A stretch of 32,000 nucleotides of DNA from Rhodobacter capsulatus SB 1003 (GTDB taxonomy: Bacteria > Pseudomonadota > Alphaproteobacteria > Rhodobacterales > Rhodobacteraceae): the NCBI RefSeq assembly GCF_000021865.1, contig NC_014034.1, positions 2,730,001 through 2,762,000 of the forward strand. The letters are read 5' to 3'. The notes below the pieces were generated by a model. That model was not told where the DNA came from and did no database searches. It saw only the letters and a list, made by a program, of their open reading frames with translations. The translations under genes were made by a program, and so were the position numbers. Shown here in pieces: positions 25,651-32,000 of the stretch (position 1 is the stretch's first letter; every line of letters begins with the position of its first letter).

Positions 25651-27123
25651 ATGCAAGACGAGTTCGACTTCACCACCAAGGACCTGAAGCACTACCCCCA
25701 TTTTGACGCCCCCCTCTCGCTGAGGGAAATCCGCCGCCTTGTCACCTCGCCAGAGAGGGTTGCGGCCAATTCGTTCTACCCGTTCTTCCTCTATGAGGAG
25801 TCATGGCAGCCGTACCGCTCTGCGGACGCAGCGAAGCCTGACAAGAAGACGCGCCCGATCCGGTACGGCGCCCGGCGCGATGCGTACATCTTCGCATTCT
25901 ACCGGCGGAAGCTGTCGCGCCTCTATGAGGCGAGGCTTCGCACCTTGGGCATTGAGGACTGCCCCATTGCCTACCGCCAAGTTTCCAAGTCGGGACTGGG
26001 CGGCGGGAAGTGCAACATAGACTTCGCCAAGGATGCGTTTGACGAGATTGACCGGCTGGGCGACTGCGTTGCCGTCGCGCTCGACATCAAGGGTTACTTT
26101 GAGAACCTCGACCACCGGCGCATCAAGCAAATCTGGTGCGACCTGCTGGGCGTGGCTGAGCTTCCGCCCGACCACTATGCAGTCTTCAAGAATATCACCA
26201 AGTACCACTTCGTTGACCAGAGGACCACCTACAGGCGGCTGGGCTACTTCGGCCTGCGGGAGCGGAACGGGGAGATGATCGACGGCTTCCTGCGGCCCTA
26301 CCGCGACATGCCCAAGCAGCTCTGCTCCAATGCTGACTTCCGGGCGAAGATATGCGGCGGGGACCCTGCCTATCCGTCCATCATCAAGAAGAACGACAAG
26401 CCCCATGGTGTGCCTCAGGGGGCGCCGATTTCAGACCTCATCGCCAACTTCTACCTTTTGGAGTTCGACGTGGTCATGGCGGCCTATGCTCGCGCCCGGG
26501 GTGGGCGCTACATGCGCTACTCTGACGACATCCTCCTGATCCTGCCCGGGGGTGCCAGCGAGGCCAGCGCCGCCGTCGCCTTCGCCACGGCGGAGATGCT
26601 GAACCACGGCCCCGAGTTGCGGATCAAGGACAGCAAGACCTGCGTGGCACAGTTTGAGCGTGTTGCGGGGGCGCTGCGCTTCCAACACCTCGCGCAGCGC
26701 CCGGACGAACCCGCCAAGAATGGCTTTGAGTACCTTGGCTTCCGCTACGATGGGCGCTGCGTTTATGTGCGCGACAGCACCATTTCCCGCTTCTTCGGGA
26801 AGGTCGCCGGGGCGGCCAAACGGGACGGGCGGCGGCATGTGGAGGCAAACCCGGCGATGGATGCCGGGGACCTGATTCGTGCGTTCGACTTCTCTCTGTT
26901 CTCGCAGCGCTTCAGTCGCGTGAAGAAGGAGAAGCTGACAGACGACTACCGCAGTTGGACGTTCTACTCATACCTCAAGCGCTCGGCAGAGGCGTTCGGC
27001 CCGAAGGGCGACCGCATCTTGAAGCAGGCTCGGGGCTTTGATGACTTCATGAAGGCAAGGGTTTCCGGGGCCATCGTCACGGCGGCAGCCAAACGCAAAG
27101 CGCCCGCCAAAACCGCTGCTTGA
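25651..27123 (+). CDS. Stand-alone reverse transcriptase, Abi/UG (defence-associated RT)-like
   Basis: RT motifs in order: KTRPIRYGARRDAYIFAFY, VALDIKGYFENLDH (motif A Asp), GVPQGAPISDLIANFYLLEFD (motif B), MRYSDDILLILPG (YxDD), LRIKDSKT, FEYLGFRY. They are followed by a ~130-aa C-terminal extension that ends in a K/A-rich tail. The start is set at ATG 25651 (GGAGGG SD); the track GTG at 25534 and ATG at 25624 are alternatives. Confidence 0.9.
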   Translation: MQDEFDFTTKDLKHYPHFDAPLSLREIRRLVTSPERVAANSFYPFFLYEESWQPYRSADAAKPDKKTRPIRYGARRDAYIFAFYRRKLSRLYEARLRTLGIEDCPIAYRQVSKSGLGGGKCNIDFAKDAFDEIDRLGDCVAVALDIKGYFENLDHRRIKQIWCDLLGVAELPPDHYAVFKNITKYHFVDQRTTYRRLGYFGLRERNGEMIDGFLRPYRDMPKQLCSNADFRAKICGGDPAYPSIIKKNDKPHGVPQGAPISDLIANFYLLEFDVVMAAYARARGGRYMRYSDDILLILPGGASEASAAVAFATAEMLNHGPELRIKDSKTCVAQFERVAGALRFQHLAQRPDEPAKNGFEYLGFRYDGRCVYVRDSTISRFFGKVAGAAKRDGRRHVEANPAMDAGDLIRAFDFSLFSQRFSRVKKEKLTDDYRSWTFYSYLKRSAEAFGPKGDRILKQARGFDDFMKARVSGAIVTAAAKRKAPAKTAA

Positions 27124-27691
27124 GCGGCTCCCAGCAGGCGCCTTCCGTCCTAGCTTCCCGTCTTAGGAGCCTCGTGGGCTGCAAGTCTTTGATTTCTTGG
27201 CTCCGGCGGTAGGCGCGGAGGGATTAAACCCAACTCGGCAGAATTGCCGATTAGTCCTTTAATATCAGGGCTTAAGCTGACCGCCCGTCCAGCCCGGCCA
27301 TCATGCGTGTGTGCCTGACGTGCTTCGATTGTGTGCCTAGACTAGGCCGCCCGCACGGCAAGCGCCAGCCGCAAAAGCGATCAGGGCCGCATATTTTGGC
27401 GGAAAAATCCGAGCCACCACCTCGACCGAAGTGCAGCCGCGCAGCCCCCCCCCGGTGGCCGCCCGCCCTGGGCCCGTTCAGGTCGCCCAGCACGCTCCCG
27501 AGGCCGCCCCAGCGCCGCCCCTCCCGCCACCCCGGCACCTCTCCCGGTGCAGCCAAGGGCACCCAAATAGGCGTCCCTACTGCATGGGTGTCCGCCTCCC
27601 GGCTCAGTCAATTTACATTCACAACGTTCGTTGACATTTGATATTTGTTGCCCCACCTTGGTTCCGACAGATCAAACAGGGGGCCGCAGCC

Positions 27692-28357
27692 GTGCGCCAG
27701 TTCGTTATCTACCGCCGTGTCAGCACCGAAGAACAAGGCCGCTCCGGGCTAGGGCTTGAGGCCCAGAGCCGAGACGTTGACCTTTACCTTGCCAACTATG
27801 CCGAGACGCCCTTTGAGGTTCTGGGCGAGTTCCTTGACGTGACCTCGGGGCGGGACAACGACAGGCCAGAGTTGAACAAGGCGCTGGACCTGTGCCGCCG
27901 CACCGGGGCCGAATTGCTGGTCGCCAAGCTTGACCGCCTCTCCCGCCGCGTGTCCTTCATCGCCGCGCTTATGGATGATCCCAAGGTGAAGCTGCGGGTG
28001 GCCTCCATGCCGAACGCGGACAAGTTCCAGCTTCATATCTATGCCGCGCTGGCGGAACAGGAACGGGACTTCATCTCCCTGCGCACCAAGGCCGCGCTTG
28101 CCGAGGCGAAGGCCCGGGGTCAGAAGCTAGGAGGGCTGCGTGATGCCACCGGCAAGCGCAATGAGGCTATCCAGCGGGACGCCCGCAGCTTTGCCGAACG
28201 GGTGCGCCCGATAGTGCAGCCCATGCGCGCCTCCGGGGCCACCTTGGCGCAGATCGCAGAGGCCCTTGGCGGGGCTGGCATCGCGACACCGCGGGGCGGG
28301 GCGTGGACGGCAACGCAGGTCAAGCGGGTGCTGGACCGGCTGGATAGTGTTGCATAA
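27692..28357 (+). CDS. Small serine recombinase (resolvase/invertase family) with C-terminal HTH
   Basis: Start set at GTG 27692 (AGGGGG 8 nt upstream), giving VRQFVIYRRVSTEEQ with the nucleophile Ser context. Also LLVAKLDRLSRR and a C-terminal ATLAQIAEALGGAGIATPRGGAWTATQVKRVL HTH-like segment. Confidence 0.9.
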   Translation: MRQFVIYRRVSTEEQGRSGLGLEAQSRDVDLYLANYAETPFEVLGEFLDVTSGRDNDRPELNKALDLCRRTGAELLVAKLDRLSRRVSFIAALMDDPKVKLRVASMPNADKFQLHIYAALAEQERDFISLRTKAALAEAKARGQKLGGLRDATGKRNEAIQRDARSFAERVRPIVQPMRASGATLAQIAEALGGAGIATPRGGAWTATQVKRVLDRLDSVA

Positions 28358-28526
28358 ATGTCACTCACCGTCACCCTATCTGTGTGTTTTCTCCGATTGT
28401 TTCAGCGGCAGCTTTTGTGACCACGCGACAACCCCCTGAGGCAGCGTAAGAAGTCACAGAAAGCTGCGCCCATATGTGCCCATTGCGGGATTATAACGTG
28501 ATTTCCTTAGGTTGCACCGCGACGTT

Positions 28527-28826
28527 ATGAAAGGGACACGTCAACAAACCGCAAGGGACACCACCGTGACAGCCGCCATAACCCACGCCATGGGCCTGTT
28601 CGAACAAGCCAAGGACCACGGCGTAACCCCCTATGGATCACCTAGCGCACACCGCGCCTTGGCAGCGTGTATCCAATCCTCCGGCCACCTCCTGACCATT
28701 GCCGAGGAAGTCGCGGCGGGGCGGCTGGATGGAGACATTGCGCGTCAGTTTCTGCGCGCCGCCGCCGTCTCGTTGCCTAGGGCCATGAAGGCCGTCGAAA
28801 CCCTCCAGAACGCCGCCAAGCACTGA
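28527..28826 (+). CDS. Hypothetical protein (~99 aa; start uncertain)
   Basis: Track ORF 28512..28826. Helical, normal composition (GLFEQAKDHGVTPYGSPSAHRALAACIQSSGHLLTIAEEVAAGRLDGDIARQFL). Alternative GTG start at 28566 after AAGGGA. Confidence 0.5.
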   Translation: MKGTRQQTARDTTVTAAITHAMGLFEQAKDHGVTPYGSPSAHRALAACIQSSGHLLTIAEEVAAGRLDGDIARQFLRAAAVSLPRAMKAVETLQNAAKH

Positions 28827-28851
28827 CACAGCCAACCGATAGGAAACCGCC

Positions 28852-29199
28852 ATGACCACCACCACGACCCCTGAAGCCGCCACCCTGAACGCCCTTCTGG
28901 CCGCTGCCGGGGACCGCCTTGACCAGATCGCAGGGGAACACCGCCTGAGCCGCGAACAGATCGTCGCCATGAACACCGCCCGCCTTACCGCTGAGTTTCT
29001 CTATGACCTTGCCGAGGGGTTTGCGCGGGGTGAGGCGGCAGCACCTATGCCCCGCAGCCCAGCAATGCCGCTTTCCGCCCGCATGGTCATGGCGAAGCTT
29101 GCAGAGCTGCAATTCGGCTGCGGCGTCCAGATCGCCCCCGACGCGGCGCAATGGCAGGGCCGGGACCATGCCAAGGGGCCGTTTGACGAAGCGGCGTAA
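28852..29199 (+). CDS. Hypothetical protein (115 aa)
   Basis: AGGAAAC SD 6 nt upstream of the ATG, normal composition, followed by a strong terminator. Confidence 0.6.
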   Translation: MTTTTTPEAATLNALLAAAGDRLDQIAGEHRLSREQIVAMNTARLTAEFLYDLAEGFARGEAAAPMPRSPAMPLSARMVMAKLAELQFGCGVQIAPDAAQWQGRDHAKGPFDEAA

Positions 29200-29233
29200 G
29201 ATCGCCCCTCCGGCATCTATCAGAGCAACAAGA

Positions 29234-29262
29234 GGCCCTGCTTCGGCGGGGCCTTCTGCTTT
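29234..29262 (+). terminator. Rho-independent terminator with UUCG tetraloop
   Basis: GGCCCTGC-TTCG-GCGGGGCC (8-bp stem including one G-U pair) followed by TTCTGCTTT, 35 nt after the stop of the 115-aa ORF. Confidence 0.65.
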
Positions 29263-29286
29263 CCGCACGGGCCACGGCTAGCGTCT

Positions 29287-29441
29287 CCCATTCAAGTTGA
29301 AGGGGTGCCGAGGGGCATTTACCCCGCAAAGTTTGCGGGGTGAACACCCAACGAAATTCGTGGGGTGCGCATGTCCTCAACTTGAGGACTTACAGAAGCG
29401 CGAAATTCGCTCTTCCGTCTGCCCCCAGAAAGTTTCTGGGG
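29287..29441. repeat. Phased array of six different odd-length palindromes
   Basis: CCCATTCAA-G-TTGAAGGGG (29287-29305, 1 mismatch); CCCCGCAAA-G-TTTGCGGGG (29322-29340, perfect); CACCCAACGAA-A-TTCGTGGGGTG (29345-29367, 1 mismatch); GTCCTCAA-C-TTGAGGAC (29373-29389, perfect); GAAGCGCGAA-A-TTCGCTCTTC (29395-29415, 1 mismatch); CCCCAGAAA-G-TTTCTGGGG (29423-29441, perfect). Centres are at 29296, 29331, 29356, 29381, 29405 and 29432. Confidence 0.75.
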
Positions 29442-29581
29442 AGGGAAGGCGGGCGGGCGGCGATCAAGCGCAATGACGCTGCGTTTGGTCACATGTCCCC
29501 TACGGGGGCCGTCCCCCCGAGGACGTAACCTTTACTCCGATTAAAACTATCCGACGAGACGGCGCTTCCCCCAAAAGTATT

Positions 29582-29759
29582 GGTGGGAAATTCCCGCCGC
29601 TTCCTCAATGGCGACGAGGTGAGTGAGATTTCTCGCTCCGATCTTGGAACAGGGTCTCAAATTGAGATCATGTTCCCGGCCGGGTATCGACACAGCCTCC
29701 GGTCTAACGTCAAAACTTCTGACGTTAGCTTCCCGAACACCCTGAAAATTTTTCAGGGT
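29582..29759. repeat. Second cluster of palindromes / inverted repeats
   Basis: GGTGGGAA-A-TTCCCGCC (29582-29598, 1 mismatch); TCTCAA-A-TTGAGA (29655-29667); CCCGGCCGGG (29674-29683); CTAACGTCA-aaacttc-TGACGTTAG (29704-29728, perfect 9-bp arms); ACCCTGAAAA-T-TTTTCAGGGT (29739-29759, perfect 21-bp palindrome). Confidence 0.7.
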
Positions 29760-29771
29760 AAGTGCGTCCAC

Positions 29772-29852
29772 ACGGTCAACCTCGTCTCGGAAAGCGGCCT
29801 CTACAAGCTCATCCTCCGCGCCCAGAGGTCCGGCCCTGAACCCTCGGAGTTT
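29772..29852 (+). pseudogene. BRO-N / antirepressor-like domain remnant
   Basis: Frame of track ORF 29580..29975 reads TVNLVSESGLYKLILRAQRSGPEPSEF. This matches the conserved ...SESGLYxLILRSxKPEAxxF core of phage BRO-N domains. The expected downstream WV..EVLP.IRK segment is absent in all frames, and the upstream part is occupied by palindromes. Confidence 0.35.
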
Positions 29853-30000
29853 TCGAGGGTATCGTCGGGAGAAGGTGGCGACGGGCGCAAGCCCGCAGAT
29901 GCTTCAAATACGCCCGCACAGCGCCGTCCTCTCCCGCCCCATATCCCCCTAGGGGAAAACGGAAGGCGCGCCTAGGGGCAATCTTTGAGCCTCTCAGGGT

Positions 30001-30092
30001 CACCCATTTAGGACGCACTACAGGAACAGTCCACCCATTTAGGACGTACCACAGGAGCGGGCCAGTCCGTCCAATTTCCCCTTACTACAGGA
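30001..30092 (+). repeat. Tandem 25-bp direct repeats (two good copies plus one degenerate) upstream of the 307-aa ORF
   Basis: CACCCATTTAGGACGCACTACAGGA (30001-30025) and CACCCATTTAGGACGTACCACAGGA (30032-30056) are 23/25 identical with a 31-bp period. The degenerate third copy at 30068-30092 matches 16/25 and shares the terminal ACTACAGGA. AGTCCGTCC also occurs twice (30064-30072, 30100-30108). Confidence 0.7.
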
Positions 30093-30156
30093 CACCCCAA
30101 GTCCGTCCCCCTCATCCCGTCAAACAACATCAACAATCCCAAGAGGAAACGACACA

Positions 30157-31080
30157 ATGAGCCAGAACACCATCCACCTTACCGAGGCCGAGGCCGTCCG
30201 CATGGCCGATGAAGCCGCCGCCGCCCGCCGCAGCACACCTTACAACGGCTTCCAACCTGCCGCCATCACCTCCGACCGTCACGAAGTCATCATCCGGGGC
30301 GGTCAAGTTGCCGAGGTCAAGAGCGCCAGCAAGACGCTGGGCGTCCCGACCGGCTATGCCGAACATCACCGCCCCGGCTTCATCCGCATTCCCGGCGCCG
30401 GTGAGACGACGATTGCCGCCGCCAAAGCTGCCGGGTTCTTGCCGCATACCTGGCAGGAGGGCGATAAGCTCCCTTTTGACGACGCCCCCAAAGGTCCGCA
30501 ATCGGACCCCCAGCGGGGCAGCGACAAGGCCACTGAGGCGGCCGAAGACAAGCCGCAGGAACGCACCGTTGCAGAGCACCGGGCCAAGGTCGCCGGGGAC
30601 ATTCTGGACCGTGCCGACAAGGCGCTGGGCGCAGAGGTGACGGACAAATACCTGAGCGATGCAGTCGAGACGGGGGTTATCCCCGAGGAAGGACTTCCCG
30701 AAGGTTTCACGCCGGTCATGGTGAAACAGGTCTACCAAGGATACGTCGCCCAAGCTGACGCAGTGCTGGCCCCCGTGGGCGCCTCCGTGGCGTTGCTGCA
30801 GGACATGCTGACCGATGACGAGCTTCGCCAAGCGCGCCATCATACCTTGTCCAAGGACAGCGACAGCCTTGCGGACCTCGGACGGGCTGCGGTCAACCGC
30901 CTCGCCATGCTGCCCAAGACCGACCCCGAGGGCTTCATGCAGATGGTCGCGGACATGCCCGCCGCCGAGCGCAAGTGCATCGACTTCGACAAGAAGCGCG
31001 GGGAATGGCTGGTCAAGATCCCCGGCAAGCCGACCATGAGTTACGGCGCTGCGGTCCGCATGGCCCTTGTCCGCGTCTGA
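30157..31080 (+). CDS. Hypothetical protein (307 aa), phage/island-borne
   Basis: AGAGGAAAC SD 7 nt upstream of the ATG and balanced composition. The antisense ORF 30130..31119 is G/R/A-rich shadow. No family recognised. Confidence 0.7.
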   Translation: MSQNTIHLTEAEAVRMADEAAAARRSTPYNGFQPAAITSDRHEVIIRGGQVAEVKSASKTLGVPTGYAEHHRPGFIRIPGAGETTIAAAKAAGFLPHTWQEGDKLPFDDAPKGPQSDPQRGSDKATEAAEDKPQERTVAEHRAKVAGDILDRADKALGAEVTDKYLSDAVETGVIPEEGLPEGFTPVMVKQVYQGYVAQADAVLAPVGASVALLQDMLTDDELRQARHHTLSKDSDSLADLGRAAVNRLAMLPKTDPEGFMQMVADMPAAERKCIDFDKKRGEWLVKIPGKPTMSYGAAVRMALVRV

Positions 31081-31102
31081 CGCTCTCCCCGAACACTGAC
31101 TA

Positions 31103-31136
31103 GCGCCCCCGTTGACCACCGCGGGGGCGCCCTTTC
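31103..31136 (+). terminator. Hairpin with weak T-tract after the 307-aa ORF (terminator or attenuator)
   Basis: GCGCCCCCG-ttgaccaccg-CGGGGGCGC (9-bp stem) followed by CCTTTCGTC. Confidence 0.5.
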
Positions 31137-31171
31137 GTCATTCTCTACCGTCACCCAGAGGAAACCCGACA

Positions 31172-31381
31172 ATGACTGCTGAAATCTACACCATGCCGCC
31201 CCTGCCAACCGCGATCTGTCCCGGCTGCGGGGCCACCTTCACCCCGCCCGTGCTGCCCTCCCGCGCCCGAGGCAATGACACCACCTGCCGCGCCTGTGCC
31301 GCCGCCGCCATCGAAGCAGAGCGCGCAGCCGAACGCGCAGCTTACACCGACATGTGCACCACGGGGACCATCCTGAAATGA
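31172..31381 (+). CDS. Small zinc-ribbon-like protein (69 aa)
   Basis: MTAEIYTMPPLPTAICPGCGATFTPPVLPSRARGNDTTCRACAAAAIEAERAAERAAY..., with CPGC...CRAC cysteine pairs. AGAGGAAAC SD context nearly identical to that of the 307-aa ORF. The start is trimmed from the track TTG at 31112, which lies inside the hairpin. Confidence 0.6.
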   Translation: MTAEIYTMPPLPTAICPGCGATFTPPVLPSRARGNDTTCRACAAAAIEAERAAERAAYTDMCTTGTILK

Positions 31382-31833
31382 ACGCAGAACACCCCATCGC
31401 CCGCCTTCTGAACCTCACCGCCGCCTTCGGCATCGACCCGGCCAAGCTGACAGCGCAATTCGACACGCTCCGGGGGGACCCGGACGCGGACGCCATGTCC
31501 GACAGCGAAGGCGCGGTTGTCGCCCGTGCCGTGCATGACCTCATTGAAGCCTGTGCCAGCGCGGATCGGATCATCAAAGCGGCGGTCATCGCCAAGGCCA
31601 TCGGGGACTATCTGGCCGAGGCCCAGCGCCAAGCGCAAGAGCCGCCCCGACACCCCATGCAGCGCGCAAGGGACGCCATCGCAGCCCACGAACGGGACAC
31701 CGGAACGCGCCCCTCTTGGGCCGACCGGAAGGCCGTTGCGGCCATCGCCAGAGCCGCCAGCGCGCCCCGTGACGTGGTGCGCTTCCTCTTGCGGTACCCC
31801 ACCTGCACCCTCGGCATGGGGGCCTCTCAGTGA
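31378..31833 (+). CDS. Hypothetical protein (151 aa)
   Basis: ATG at 31378 overlaps the previous stop (ATGA). Sequence begins MNAEHPIARLLNLTAAFGIDPAKL..., with normal composition. Confidence 0.6.
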   Translation: MNAEHPIARLLNLTAAFGIDPAKLTAQFDTLRGDPDADAMSDSEGAVVARAVHDLIEACASADRIIKAAVIAKAIGDYLAEAQRQAQEPPRHPMQRARDAIAAHERDTGTRPSWADRKAVAAIARAASAPRDVVRFLLRYPTCTLGMGASQ

Positions 31834-32000
31834 GCCGCAGCGTTGATTTGACGCCGGTCCCCGTATGGGTCGCCGGTAAGGGCTTGGTCAGTCCCCCCGG
31901 CTGGATCAGCCCGGAGACGCGGGCACTCATGGACAAGGCGCAGCGCGAATGCGCAGAGGCGGCAGAAGTCATCGCCGCGCGCAAGGCCAGTCCCCAGGGC
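31830..32000 (+). CDS. Hypothetical protein, N-terminal fragment (runs off the right edge)
   Basis: GTG at 31830 overlaps the previous stop (GTGA). The frame stays open to the window end: VSRSVDLTPVPVWVAGKGLVSPPGWISPETRALMDKAQRECAEAAEVIAARKASPQG. Confidence 0.4.
   Translation, partial: MSRSVDLTPVPVWVAGKGLVSPPGWISPETRALMDKAQRECAEAAEVIAARKASPQG

Larger units (their letters stand above)
24274..32000. mobile_element. Accessory genomic island / phage-derived element abutting the 3' end of tRNA-Thr (right end outside the window)
   Basis: The change in character is abrupt after the tRNA. Core genes stop, and A/T-richer patches, long non-coding stretches and dense repeats appear, along with a reverse transcriptase, a serine recombinase, a BRO-N remnant and short hypothetical ORFs with tight coupling. 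Confidence 0.6.

Noticed and set aside
25651-27123. The RT as a group II intron, retron or DGR component
   Set aside because: There is no maturase/X or HNH tail and no intron-like flanks. There is no VTG motif or obvious a1/a2 repeats of a retron, and no template/variable repeat pair or target gene for a DGR. Kept as Abi/UG-like instead, pending HMM classification.
27195-27265. tRNA-like or att-like fragment (GGGATTAAACCC region)
   Set aside because: No cloverleaf can be drawn. The T-arm-like stem has only 3 bp, and there is no similarity to the tRNA-Thr 3' end.
27272-27656. Track ORFs of 96, 112, 91 and 67 aa between the RT and the recombinase
   Set aside because: They give P/R/G/A-rich translations from a C-rich tract, have no SD, and overlap each other in several frames. 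Treated as non-coding.
27186-27683. Possible invertible segment bounded by hix-like sites upstream of the serine recombinase
   Set aside because: The best inverted match I could find (GTCTTTGATTTCTTGGCTCC versus the reverse complement of GGTTCCGACAGATCAAACAG) is only 13/20. Neither site shows the two-half-site dyad of Hin/Gin crossover sites. This is too weak to claim.
29340-29975. Track ORFs 29340..29528 (+), 29547..29771 (-) and 29580..29975 (+)
   Set aside because: Each would have to encode multiple perfect palindromes. Only a 27-aa BRO-N-like block (29772-29852) looks like former coding sequence.
30001-30092. CRISPR array
   Set aside because: There are only two good 25-bp repeats, separated by a 6-bp spacer, plus one degenerate copy. 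There are no cas genes and no spacer-sized unique segments.
30130-31119. 329-aa minus-strand ORF
   Set aside because: It is antisense to the better-supported 307-aa + ORF, which has an SD and balanced composition. The translation is G/R/A/L-rich.

Overview
High-GC alphaproteobacterial chromosome segment. The gene content, especially the tri-domain FruB of the fruBKA fructose PTS operon, suggests a Rhodobacter capsulatus-like organism (inference). Positions 1-24.2 kb are ordinary core genome: a PAS-GGDEF-EAL protein, fruB-fruK-fruA, a solute-binding protein coupled to a hybrid histidine kinase with a convergent OmpR-type regulator, then a long minus-strand housekeeping string (murA, DUF2948, GNAT, hisD, UPF0262, LMW-PTP, an HxlR/NmrA pair, SnoaL, GNAT, C-N hydrolase, infA, maf, RNase E/G-like, yacG). 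Many of these genes are joined by 4-nt ATGA/GTGA overlaps. Most very long ORFs in the track are antisense shadow ORFs, and several real genes needed shorter starts than the track gives. A tRNA-Thr(GGU) at 24199-24273 marks the start of an accessory island that runs to the window end. The island carries three small minus-strand ORFs, a stand-alone Abi/UG-type reverse transcriptase with about 0.6 kb of non-coding DNA on each side, a small serine recombinase, hypothetical phage-like ORFs, a BRO-N remnant, a dense array of odd-length palindromes (29.29-29.76 kb) and 25-bp direct repeats (30.0 kb). The reverse transcriptase locus with its possible ncRNA partner, and the palindrome/iteron region, are the parts most worth follow-up. 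All coordinates of hand-found elements were anchored to ORF-track coordinates but could be off by 1-2 nt.
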